Of a DNA stretch of 41,273 nt, positions 25,717 to 38,039 are shown in pieces. This DNA is from Bigelowiella natans CCMP2755 (Eukaryota > Protista > Cercozoa), in contig ADNK01000480.1 in assembly GCA_000320545.1 (NCBI GenBank), forward strand, positions 1-41,273. The letters are read 5' to 3'. Both the position numbers and the translations under genes were made by a program. The notes under the pieces were generated by a model. The model had not been told where the DNA came from. It did no database searches and worked only from the letters and a program-made list of their open reading frames with translations. Position 1 is the first letter of the stretch; every line of letters starts with the position of its first letter.

Positions 25717-25903
25717 TGTGCTGTGTCCACCCTCTTCCTCTTCTTCCGAATTCCCTACCACCCTCAAAATCTAGTAGGGCAAGCAACCAGCCACTACCTT
25801 CGAGAAGTCCCAGAACGCGATTGGATGCGGAGGAGGAGCAATGGACCTTGAAACACACACACACACGCACACGCACACACGCACACACGCACACACATTA
25901 TAC

Positions 25904-25941
<38 letters not shown>

Positions 25942-27131
25942 ATTCTATTGTCATACAGAACCAACATGAAGCAAGCAAACAGGCATTGCGATTTGTGAAG
26001 GGTAGGAGAGCAGCCTTGGAGATGGATGAACACCTGAGGCCCTTAAGCTGGTTTGCAATCATGCGGCGAAGGGCTTTCGTTTTTGCCATTGCCTGTGTGC
26101 GACGTTCACGATGAATGTGCGGAATTCAACGAACATAATATGTCTTCTGTTCTCTTCTCTCACAAGGGGGGAAAAGCGGGGGGAGGAGAAGGAGGTTTTT
26201 TGTGGGAGGACAGAAAGAAAAGAAAGCTCCTACCTCGTCTCGCTCAGCTTTGAATTTCTGGCGCATCTCCGCCTGTGAAGATGTCCCACGTACTCAGTCA
26301 AAAGACATCGCTCTTACACGAGACGGTTATAATCACGTTTCAGGGGGGGGACAATGGATACGTAAGCTTTGGGGCGGGGAGTAACTGACCTCCTCTTTCG
26401 CTCTTTTCTCTGCCGCAACACGCTCTTTCTCCAAACGAGACTGTTCCCTTTCGTGCCGCCTATATGCGAGATTCATGCGGTTTTCCACAGATGTTAAAAA
26501 AAACCCCGCTCGTCCGCAAAGTGCAATGCATGTTAGCAGGCGCGTACGCTTCCGCGTCCTTTCTCGCAGCTTCTTTCACTTCCTCTTGTCGGGCAGCATA
26601 ATCCTCCTATATTTTGATGAGGAACGCAAAACCAGACGACAGGGAAAGGACGTGAGCGATCCAGGCTTCATGCGTGCGAATAAACCACAATCTTGCGTGT
26701 CCTTACCAGCTTGATCACAACATCCGCGTCTCGCTTCTGAGAGAGTATTACGACGCCGTAGTTCGGGTTAGCAAATAAGTTCTTTATACAGAATGTGTTA
26801 TCGATGTGTGCTGCCGAAGAAGAGGCCTTCGCTTGTGTGGATGGGGGAGATGTAGTTTCATCCGTGCATGGGGTACATTCCTTTATTTCCAACACTCACC
26901 TCTGCAATCTGAACCGACTTGGCTTCACCTGAGCACACGAAGAAATGGGCGACTCATTTCACACCTTTATCAACATTGCACGCTGATTTATGCCACTCCG
27001 TCAGTTGTCGCGTACCTCCGAAGCGGTAGTGTAAGTCAAGCACCTTGCCACTAATATGGTGCTTCAACTGCGTTTTAGGAAAAGTTTATCGTACAGATTA
27101 AATGAATGAATGTACACATGCAAAATATATG

Positions 27132-27172
<41 letters not shown>

Positions 27173-27975
27173 TGTGTGTGTATACACAAAATATAATGGC
27201 ACATACACACATACGCATACAGACCGGGTCAAATCCAAAATACTCTGACAGGTTTTGGTCTTTCGGGATCTTGAGTGAAAGACCCTGAACCTGTTGTTGA
27301 TGGAGTTCGAGTGTTAGTACAATAATGAATCATGATTTTTCATGGAGACCAATGGTAGTTTCATGGATGAGGGCCACCTTTATCTCCAAAAGAGGTAGGA
27401 CCTCGACGCATATTGATCCTGATATTATACACACGCACACACACACACAAACAAAACGCTTAATATATAACACACACATATATGTAATAATGTATATATT
27501 ATATTTCTATACTAATTTGTGTGTGTGTGTGCGTGTGTGTGTGTGTGTGTGTCGCATGGAAAGAAGCTTTATCTATTTCTTTATTAGGTCCCGGTAGTAT
27601 TAATTTGTATGCCTACAGGTTGTCTCTAAGTACCCATGCCATAACGTGCAGAAAGCAGGCCGTATCGGGAACTATCGCACCGGAAAATTCCAATCACGGT
27701 TGAGATTTCACACGCAAATAATACAACGTCGACCTACCTTGCGACCTGTGGAAGGCCACCATTGCCTTCGAATTTGGTGTCCAGATAAATCGAGCCTGCT
27801 TTGTACCTGAACGGGCAAGTTAGAAGTTGATATATCTCCCCCCGTCTCTCAAAAAGATCCAGAGAAGTCTAGTACCGATTGCGAGAGCTGCGGTAGAGCT
27901 GGAACCACTCTTAAGATAGTGAAAGTGAAATAATCATGACGGGTAGTTTCCAAGATCCATATATGTGTATATATA

Positions 27976-28022
<47 letters not shown>

Positions 28023-28871
28023 TACCGCGAAACTTACTAGCACACACACACACACACACACACACACCATATACAGTCACTCAGATCTATAAAATACTAT
28101 GTGTGTTTGTTTTTATAGAGCTAATCCTGCAGTGAAATCTTCCAAAAATACTTAGGATCGCATGAAGCTACCTTGATTGTTGCTGAGAAGGACAAAGATG
28201 GGGATCTGAGCGTAGAATTTTGTTCACGAACTGGTGTTTATCCATCAGAAGATCGGCATGTACCTCAAGAGTGCCGATGATATCATCCATCGCAAGGTTA
28301 TTCTTGTTCATCACCGTAATTTCTAATAGCAAGAGGGTGGATTTAGCACGCTGGATATGTCTGTGTTTGGGTGCTAGCCGAACCGAGCATCATATTCTCT
28401 TCCTCCTTCAGTTCGAAAGAGAACCTTAGGTTACGCAACAATGGATTTACAATCGCGCAACTTTTCGAGCAGGAAAGAAATTACTCTTGGTTCCACGTGG
28501 GAAACTTGCCGCCATTCTTTAAAGAAAAGAGAATCAGTAACGCCGTGAGTGTGAGTTTCGAATGAGTAGCCTCCGTTTCGCACATCACCGGTGGTTTTTA
28601 CCTTGTCGACCTTCGACGCCTGGCAATGATACAACCAAATAAGTGAGGCAAAAAGATGTAGCTCATAAAAGCTGCTCGTACCTTCTTGAATTTGCCAAAA
28701 CGGAATCGACAGTACCTAGAGGATGTTGCCGGTCGTTATAGCGATAAAGGAGAGAAGAAATCGGCCTACTTACGGGTCTTGCACGCCAAGGGACTGAACG
28801 ACATGAAGGTCCCGAGCGGACACGGCCTTGATAGTGAGCTTTCCGTTGAGGGGGGTGAATACACTCGCCAT
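22831..28871 (-). CDS. Multidomain protein: C2 + DUF3395/SUEL-lectin-like domain + coiled coil + LamG/concanavalin-A-like domain
   Basis: C2: MASVFTPLNGKLTIKAVSARDLHVVQSLGVQDP|YCRFRFG...NGGKFPTWNQE|FSF...DDIIGTLE...EWFQL. Second domain: LLSARYGMGSICVEVLPLL...YFGFDP|LKHHISGKVLDLHYRFGG. E/K/R/A-rich helix. LamG: PIAFWDF...GALVLDG...KTIMIW...QRGGGLFCVQ...YDGIV|YGE...HLAVSYEADG|TITIYRNG...VLFGLR...FAGKIMKACVYDRALADQEI. Stop TAG at 22833-22831. Confidence 0.88.
23460..25940. repeat. Dense cluster of intronic microsatellites: (CA)n, (GA)n, (CAT)n, (CTA)n, (CCT)n, (CAG)n, (TA)n
   Basis: Nearly every intron between the short LamG exons carries one or more SSR tracts. Confidence 0.9.
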
Positions 28872-29172
28872 TTCTCGTGCTGGGAGAGGTGATAGAAGGG
28901 GGGGGACAGCAACGGGTTCCTTCTTTTCCAAACGAATAATGATCTTACTCCCGAAGATATCTGTTCGTTCAGGAGGCTATTTCAAAAAAAATGATGCGAT
29001 TTTTGTCCTGAGACAAAACTCTCAGGGCAAACACGGCCGTTGCTCTATCCATTGCGAAATTCCCTTGCACTTCGGGCCTGCGACAACTAAGGTACCGTAC
29101 ATTTACTTCGGGGAACTTCCCAAAACCGAATCCACGGTCTCAATATCACCCCCCCCCCCCCCCCCTTCGAAA
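28872..29172. promoter_or_regulatory. Probable compact bidirectional promoter
   Basis: Only ~300 bp between the divergent ATGs at 28871 (-) and 29173 (+). Confidence 0.55.
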
Positions 29173-31248
29173 ATGCAGTCTCCGAATCAAGTTTTACTGC
29201 CGATTCAAGGAACTCCCAGCTCTCAGAAGGAGCGCAAGGGGATGATGCGTGTAGTCGTCGTCTGCCTGGCCCTCTGCTTCGTGGCGTTTATGGCGAGGAA
29301 TTTGTTGGAGCCAGGTACCGAAAGGGTATCCAATCTACGAGCATCTGCGACCGTGCTGCCATTTAACCAAATGAAGCATGAAAATACTCCTCTTCGAATG
29401 GCTACAGCCATTAATAAACGAAGGTAAAACTAGCTGCATTACAAATGAAAAAATTTATAGCATATTATCATCTCAAGATATAACACATTCCTCATAAATT
29501 GTTCAGCACAAATCAAAGGACTAAGGCTTTAATTGGAGGAGGTGGTATGCCAGGTGGTGGAATGCCAGGGGGAATGGCAATGCCTGGAGGAGGAATGATG
29601 CCAGGAATGGGGGGCGGTGCACCTCCCCCCCCTCTATCGCAGCAAATTGCAACATTGCATCCAGTGGCACTATCATGTAAGTATTCTTCCACTCTTCAGC
29701 ATAATATTAGCCATTTGGTGCCTTCACATTCATATCTAAATCTTATTTCTGTATTAGTTTTGGTGACTATGAGCTGGAATATGCTTGGTTTCTTAATTTC
29801 AACTACCACCAAGGTTGAAACTGTTAAACAGACGGGTGACACAAAAATTGATATATATATAATTATGTCTTTTCAGTCATATGCAATTACTGATCTTATG
29901 GGAACATCTGCATTCACACTATCTGCGCTAGCGACGATGCATAGCGCTCTGAACACTCAGGTAAACTCAACCACGTCAATCGAGATTTTGATGCGAGTTA
30001 GTGTCCTGAACACAAAATGTGCACATCTAGTGGAATACAGTATCACGCAGCTGGGCAAAACCCATGAGACCGAAATTACTCGCCCTGGCGGTAGGATTAT
30101 GGGCCACTCGTCTCGGAAGTTACTTGTCAATAAGGTAGCTTCATGAATTCAGTTCAAATGGATTTACCGTCACTGTGACTGTTGTTCAGGATGTCGAAAA
30201 TCCAATCCGATAAAAGAATTAGTAAGCATTTTCGCAAACCCGGAGAAGTGTGGTTGTGTGGAGATTCATGCTATCCTTTCAATTTGATGGCATACTGGAT
30301 TCGCCAAGCACGTAAGCTTCTCTCGACGTCACCTATTGTCCGCATATTTATCGCCTACAATCTATCTCAGTATGGGGTTGGATCTGTTTGCTGCCCGTGA
30401 CAATGGCTGCAGACTTGAAAGGCTATAAGAATCTGAAAGGTCGATCAAGTCATTCCATATTTTGGTATATTATACCAAAGAGAACTTCGTTTTTACAGGA
30501 GATACACTGGCTGCAGCGATCGCTCCAATGACGTTGATAGCTGGAGGAGTTGGATACACTCTCGGTACTCCACAATAAAAAGCGTCAGCAACATCTGGCT
30601 TATTTTCATTCGAATGTTAGGAATGGGTATCGAGTGCATTGCAGATGCGCAGAAGTACGGATTCAAGACAGATAAAAGCAACACTGTTCGTTGGAGATGG
30701 TGTGATAAAGGTTGCATGAAGTATTTATTGTAATTTGGGAGGATACTGATTAGTTTTCTGATGATCAGGCTTATGGAGCCTTGCAAGACACCCGAATTAT
30801 TTCGGAGAAATGATAATCTGGGCATCCATCTTCTTGCTAGCTCTTCCAGTCGCACCTCTTTGGACCATGATATCACCAATATTTGTCTGGTAAATTGAAA
30901 GAACGATCCTTACAGGTCGGGGAATTAACTTCAAAATTTCCTTGATCAGGTATCTCTTGCGGCATAAAACTGGAGTTCCCGTGCTTGAAGCGGTAGAAAG
31001 ATTTTTATGAAATTGGCGGAGAATTCAAACTAAATATCTATTTAACTAGGATATGGAGAAAAAGTATTGGAGCCATCCGGATTTTGAGAATTACATGAGC
31101 AGAGTAACACAAGTTCCCTCTTATAATATTTCGTGATATCATATTGATTTTAATACATCATATTCTTCAGACTCGATTGTTGGTTCCATTTCCTGGAAAA
31201 CAGCAGAGTTCAAAGAGTCATTTTGGTATGAATGGGGATGCGGTATAA
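29173..31248 (+). CDS. DUF1295 (steroid 5-alpha-reductase/ICMT-like) membrane protein with bipartite-type leader
   Basis: [11 protein letters not shown]; [13 protein letters not shown]|MSKIQSDKR; [16 protein letters not shown]; [13 protein letters not shown]; WCDK|[18 protein letters not shown]; TGVPVLE; FENYMSR|TRLLVPFP. Leader has [15 protein letters not shown] followed by a GGMP-repeat linker. Confidence 0.92.
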
Positions 31249-31409
31249 ATTTGTCAGCAAGTTCAGTATCGTATCCAGCGGGGCCGGCGAAGTTGTACGG
31301 AAAAAAATCCAATGCCCATGCATACATGTATCATATCCAAGCATTTTGGCTCATAATGACATCACAGCGTTTGTTTCCATTTTGGTTATGGAAGAACTAT
31401 CTACGTACT

Positions 31410-31539
31410 ACTAATGACTAGAAGATACAGGCACTTAAGCATTGTAAGCTCGTCTAGTAGTGTCTAGAGTGCTCTTTCATCGCGTAGCAATGCAAGCAGT
31501 CCACAATGGTGGCAAAAACACAAGCATCTCTAGATTTGC

Positions 31540-31584
<45 letters not shown>

Positions 31585-32470
31585 CATGCCAGGATGGATG
31601 CGCTGCGGTTCGAGCCACTCTAGCACTATCTAGCTATGCATCGTCGTCATAGCACCGGCTAGCTCTAGAGCTTACGATCTGCGATGTGCATCGCTAATAG
31701 CAGATCGCCCTGCTCTAGCTAGCGTAGCTAGCTAGAGCAGGGCGTTGTCATACTGCTAGCATGCTAGCATGGCTGACAACCATCGTTTATGTATGGTAAC
31801 GACTTATTTGTCCGTGCGGCAGCGTAGCTAGCGTAGCGCGTTTATCTAAAGCTATAAACTCTTATGTAGTGTTGGCAGCTCTAGAGCTAGATCTTAGTGT
31901 CCTAGATAATTATGTACTATAGGAAGTTATGCCACTCCAACACTCTAGCACTGCAAGCTATCTAGACTGTCTAGCTGCATAGCTGTCTAGCTGTGTCATA
32001 GTTTGTGCATGCAATGCTAGAATAATGCTTCAAGCTAGCAAGCTAGCTAATAAGGCTCTACTAGCTAGAAGGTCGTCAATTATAAAACGCATTTTAGCTT
32101 GCTAGCTTGACTATCCAGATATGAGAGTCACATGGCCTAATTGTGCATATACAAGATTTGCCTGCCAGCGCACAGCTTCTTGACATGCAAGCTAGCAAAT
32201 TCCGCATTACATTGCTAGATTATTGCATTAGAACGTAACAAGCATTTAACTGAGTTTCTCTGCCAAACTCGTATGTCTAGATTATATTAACGTAGCTAAA
32301 TACGACACAAGCCACAGATGCGACAATAGACAGAAGACATATTCTAGATACTGAATATGTGCATTTTACAGCACATATATTACTGTGTCATGTCTTTAGT
32401 TATCCGACCAGTGCATATGTATATCTAGACATGCAAACTATGTGGCTACAAGCTACGTAAGAATATTGTT
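31410..32470. other. CTAG/AGCT/CATG palindrome-rich intergenic spacer 4 (convergent junction)
   Basis: Dense tctaga/gctagc/agct; contains a perfect 18-bp-stem hairpin at 31706-31744 and one (TA)n tract. Confidence 0.85.
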
Positions 32471-32680
32471 AGTTTCTTATCGTATACATCAAGAGACCTT
32501 TAGTATGACATGCCTTTGAAATATGATGTTACAATTTGTCTAATCGCTGGGTCGTACAAAAACTACTACTTTCTACAACCGCACTATACTCGTAAGCAAC
32601 GAAACGATGAGGACGGACCGATGCTATCCTCGGTTTAATTTTCCGTTAAGATCGCGTGATACGTGATAATCAAAAATACA

Positions 32681-32740
32681 AGAAAGCGCGTTGTATCTCC
32701 AATCACTCATAGAAAGCGCGTTGTATTTCCAATCACTCAT
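32681..32740. repeat. 30-bp tandem duplication (1 mismatch) in the probable RanBP1 3' UTR
   Basis: agaaagcgcgttgtat(c/t)tccaatcactcat x2. Confidence 0.95.
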
Positions 32741-32780
32741 CTTGCGGTCTAACAAGCAAACGAAGTCCAGATTGAAGAAA

Positions 32781-33622
32781 TTATTTTGAATCTTTCTCTG
32801 CTTCTTCCTTCTTTGCCTCTTCTGTTTCTTCCTTCTTTGCCTCTTCTGTTCCCTTCTTTGCGCTTGCAGCTTTCAGATTCTCTTCCTGGTATTTTTCAAA
32901 TTCCGCCTTGAACTTGTTGGCAACTAGAAAGAACGTGATATTAGTAGGATTTCGAAAGTAGGAAAAAAAAACTTTACTTTCTGAATTTTTAAACTTGATG
33001 GCGCACGATTGAAGCACGCCCTTCTTTTCCTCCCCTGGCTCATCTTCGTCTTTACCTACGCGTTGAAATCAGTAAATATGATGCTAATTCAAACTAATGA
33101 AGACTTACCAGAGTAGTCTGTGCAAGCGAAGGTCCAGCTCCTGTCGCTTCCTTCATTCGCCTGCAATTCCCCTTTTGTAGGAACTGCGAAAGCAATCCAT
33201 TAGTCAAAAGATAGCTTTAATATTGCAACATATAGGTGACCCATAGCACAGAGACGCAATTTGAAGGTCTTCTCCTCATAGAGTACCATCTGAATCAAAG
33301 AATGCGTTAGTGCGGGAAGAGAATCAATATGATTTGACTCTACCTGATAAAAGGGAGCATCTTCATGTTTCTGAATTTTGATATTTCCCTTTCCTCTTGT
33401 AATCCATTCGGTCTTCTCCTTCGAGAAAAAGTACAGGAGACATCGCCTGAGATGCGCACAAAAACGATCAGCAACCACTCAAAAGTCCGCAAGAATGTGA
33501 ACTTACTGTTCGTATTTGGTCGTGATTTTCTTCGCGACCTCAGAGGTATCAACTTCCTTTAGCCCTGTCACAAGAGGTGTGAACTCTGCGGTGGAATCTG
33601 CGCCTTTAACTTGTTCAGCCAT
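32781..33622 (-). CDS. RANBP1: Ran-binding protein 1 (RanBD domain)
   Basis: MAEQVKGADSTAEFTPLVTGLKEVDT...RCLLYFFSKEKTEWITRGKGNIKIQKH...|MVLYEEKTFKLRL...LQANEGSDRSWTFACTDYS...AIKFKNSE|IANKFKAEFEKYQEEN; short GT-AG introns. Confidence 0.93.
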
Positions 33623-34629
33623 CCTTTCAGTTCAGGGTGGCGGTCTGTCCTTTCGTCTTTGGAGCAGTTTTCAAACCACGGGACGAGCAGCGCAAATCTC
33701 CGCTGACCCATCAAACCTGTATCAGCTATGTGCGACATCTATGTTTTTCTGTCGCCAAACGTGAAAGAGGTAATCTTTCTGTTTTTTTTCCACAGAGATG
33801 CGAGTTGAAGATCTTTTGGGGAGAGCAAACAAAAGCTCCCTCGGGGTCGAAAAGGGGATCAAAACGATTCGCGTCATGGCTTTTGCGCTCATCCCGTTGT
33901 CAAATACCCCTGGGTCTCACTTCCAGAATTCTCTGCGGAAAAGGGCGGCACGGAATGCTCTGCTGATTTTGCGAGTAGACTAGGCAATTATTATTATTTG
34001 GCTTGTCGGATGATCTATCGCATCCTTGTTTTTAATTCGCAACCGCAAAATCAATTTGGGTCTGAGTCTTCATTGTCGCAGATAAAAGAATAAAGAGCAA
34101 ACATGATAAAATTACATCCATTTAAAAAATCGGTCTTTCCAGGAGAGATATTGCATTAAAATATTTTTCGTTGCCTGGCGCAAGATCCTTATTTTTACGA
34201 GAATCGCTTGAAATTTTCCATAGATTCTCAATACATATTTGTCGGTACTCATAGTGATCCCCCCTTCCACACTTTTCTACATTAGACAACTTTTGCTAAG
34301 TCTGAAACAAAAAATTGTTTACTTGCTCGCTCCTCGCACCGAGGTACTGAAGGGGGGGAAACGAGCATGAAGGAGCGGAAAGGAATCCATTTTGTTATAA
34401 TTTTCCATAAAATGATTTCATGTTAAACTCTAAATTCTTTCCGCCGCTTTGGAAGAATATCACAGACTGTTCAACATGTTGCGATGCGGGCATTTATCAG
34501 TGAACTCTAGTCATGTTCGGGCTCATAAATTCTAGTCGCGTATAGCAAATAATCACGATTCAGCCCACTTATGTTAGACAATTCCATCTTATTTGAAGTA
34601 ATAGGGAAAGAACCTCTCGCTTCGGAAGC

Positions 34630-35699
34630 ATGAGCGAGGATCCAGCTAAAGGTGCGCTTTTTCATTGCATAACCTGTTTCTTGAACATGCAATCTCATTC
34701 CCTTCTCTCTCTTAAAGGTGCCGAGGGTACGTCTGCAGCTGCTTCAACAGAAAGCAACTTTAAAGCTGCTGCAACGACCGAGGCAAAACCTTCCGTAGTT
34801 GTCACAGAAGCAACGACTGCGGGGGCGGCTGAAGATGGTGCGGCTGAAAAAGCTAGAGCTGAACGGCGTCGGAAGCGCAAGTCACGCTGGGGTTCTAAAT
34901 CAGAGGATTCTGAGACGGTGTGCACCTTTGACACTATTCTACACCCGCTATTTATATGTAACGGGCTCTATATTTAAAACATTCACCGCACGTGCGCACG
35001 TGCGGAGGCACACTCGTGTTTGTATACATGTGCGCACGTGAGGGGAAAGCGGTGGTATTTCTGTTTCCATACACCTCAGGGGGGAGGGTGTGTTCGCAAT
35101 TGTTTGATTCTTAGTTCTTTGTATCACAAACACCCCTCATCATCCCCCCCAGAAAACAAGCACCGCGAGTACAGCTTTGGTAGCTGTTGGGCAGGACGCG
35201 AGCGGTATGTAGTTGTTAGCAATGTTATATTACGTTACTCCGTGTGCTCGTCCTCGCTTTGAAACATATCCTCTCTGGTCTTTCCAGCAACTGAAACTAA
35301 CGCTCAGAAGAGAGCGCGGAAACGACGCAGCCGCTGGGGAAGCGATAAGGAGAAGGTCGCTTTTGTGTTAATGACATAATTAGGGAGCATCCTGTAATCC
35401 TGATCATCATCATCATCATCATCATCACCATGTTGTCAGCACATCGTTAATAGCATCAACTCATGCATTAGGTTCAACTCCCACCGCAGCTGGCCGCCAT
35501 TGCAGCTACCCAAAATCTCACCGCAGGTAGGTGATCCGTATGTCGACTGTATTTTTCCGGTGGAAAGGGGATTGATATGGGTGTTCATTTGGATGCTATT
35601 TTTCATTCCACGCACCTGCTCAGCCCAAACCAAGATGATGCTCTTGAAGCTTCAGCTCCAACAAGTAACACACGAGGCGTGTCAATATTGTATATTGTC

Positions 35700-35740
<41 letters not shown>

Positions 35741-36759
35741 CATACTTGTGATTGTTTGTGTTGCAAAATGAATTAATTCTCCCGCTGTTTTGGTGTCACC
35801 CTCCCACCTCCTATTAGGTGAGCGCGAAGCTACTGAACCCTGCGCAACACATGGACAAGGTACGCGATTGCCAGAGAGAATTATGAAGATGCTAACACTC
35901 TTGAAGAATGCACTGTCGACACAGACGTTGAAGAGTGGGGAGGAGTAATAAACTGATGCGTTTACCACACGTGCTGAATTTGAACACAGGAAAAAATGTC
36001 TCCCTCTCCGGAACCGATCTATGATGCGAATGGTAAATTAATAGTAGTTGTAGAAGAAGAAGAAGAAGAAGAAGAAGAAGAAGAAGATTGTGATGGCGCT
36101 CATTCTCCTTTGGTTGGTGTATTTTAGGCAAGAGGACGAACACTCGAGACATTCGGTAATGACAACGTGGTTTAATGGGACCACATCGATGATGCAAAAA
36201 CATACAACATAGCGCAGCAGTCGCAACAGCAGCAGCTTTCTCCCTTTTCGCTCTACTGCCCCCCAACCCTCTGTCCTCTCCTTCTGCAGATTCCAACAAA
36301 AGACCATGGCCGAGAGGCAAAAGATTCTGGACGAGGTAGGACAATGGATGCCCGCACGCGCATGTGCCTGCTGCATCATGTGTATATATGCGTGGGAACA
36401 AAAGGGAGGTGATCGAGCGAGCGAGAACAAGGAATAACAACAAGAAACCTGGTAGAGAAGAAAGGGGTGAATCGATCCGAAGAAGTAGAGGAAGAGAGAG
36501 ACTGAAAGAGGCAATAACTCGAGAACCCCCCCTTCCCTGCGTCGTAACACAGATGGTGAAAATCGACCCGAGCATGGCCGCTTTGGTTCCGAAGTCAACA
36601 GAATGGATTAAGGTGAAATTCCACGCCGAAAACATCGAATATCATTGTCTCCGCCATGGAGCATTGGCTGTACCGCGGGGGGGAGGGGATGTCTGTTCCG
36701 CGCTGCCGCCAGCAAAATCTTGAGAAATGATGATGATGATGATTATGATGATGATGATT

Positions 36760-36795
<36 letters not shown>

Positions 36796-37471
36796 GCGCT
36801 AACGCTTATCTGGAGCTCCGGCTTCCCCCTCATCCACCTGTCTTCTACTTCATTCTCTTTTTCTTGCAGTAAGTAGCGTCGTTGGCGCTTCGTTCATGAC
36901 ATCGTTGTAATTCTTACGTTCATAATTTTTTTTTTTGCGTTGTTGTTTCAACAGCTGAAAATCCCGATCCCGGTGGACAAACATCCAGACTACAACTTCA
37001 TCGGGTAGCTGCTGCCGCTGCTGCTGCTGCTGCTGCTGCTGCGTAGAGTGTGTAGTAGTGATAGAGATGCTGACGATGATACCTATCACCAGCTTAATTA
37101 TTGGCCCGAGAGGGAACACACAAAAACGACTGCAGAAAGAGACGGGGGCTAAGATCTTCGTGAGAGGTCGGTCGGTCAGTCCGTCGGTCAACAACGCTAA
37201 TTCGGTTTACGCCGTTATTACTGCCACCACATCGTAAGAAGCAGCAGCTCTGATGCATGCTCTTGGAGACGCTTTTTGATGTATGCTGAAACCACACAAT
37301 GCAAAGAAGACTCTTTGCCTGAGATCGGCTCGACCTCTTTAACCCCCCCCCCCCCCCCCTTTCCATGCGCCTCACGGCTGATTGTGCTTTGTTGATCTTG
37401 ATCAGGGAAGGAGCCGAATAGCAGAAAAATGAGTCGACCGCACAGGTAGTGCCAGGAATGTTTGCAATATG

Positions 37472-37509
<38 letters not shown>

Positions 37510-37741
37510 TCTTTCTTATTAATAATGTATTATTTCGTGATAGGCGTGTGTGCAATGGCCCTGCATACGTCTTATACTAATATAGCGGCAGCAGAGGGCG
37601 TCGATCTCGCGTACAACAACACTCGCATGCGATGATGATGGTTCTCACCGCATGATGACGCCTCTCTTCTTCTTCTTCTTCTTCTTCTTCTTCCTCCAGA
37701 CCTGAAGATGACGAGCCTCTCCACGTCCTCATCACAGCGCG

Positions 37742-37778
<37 letters not shown>

Positions 37779-37848
37779 GAGCAGTAGTAGTAAACCAGAG
37801 AAGCAAGAAACCGGAACAGTAGCGGCATCATATCGTTGTCTGATAACG

Positions 37849-37888
<40 letters not shown>

Positions 37889-38001
37889 CTTCTTCCTCAG
37901 CGAGCAATCCTCAGTCGATAAGGCCGAGGTAGGCTCCCACCAGCATCCATTGGCGAGAAACGACGTGGAAGATCGATGATCATGACGACGACGATGATTA
38001 C

Positions 38002-38039
<38 letters not shown>

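Noticed and set aside
28525-28601. Intron reads in frame as VKTTGDVRNGG, vaguely C2-like (alternative exon?)
   Set aside because: The spliced ASKVDK|NGGKFPTWN already gives the complete motif; the similarity may be chance.
34989-35040. cacgtgcgcacgtg palindrome and E-box-like CACGTG copies in an SF1 intron
   Set aside because: Explainable by alternating purine-pyrimidine low complexity; no further support.
34865-35340. Two RSRW-type ULM motifs in SF1
   Set aside because: Duplicated ULM-like motifs occur in other non-animal SF1 proteins, so this is not clearly novel.
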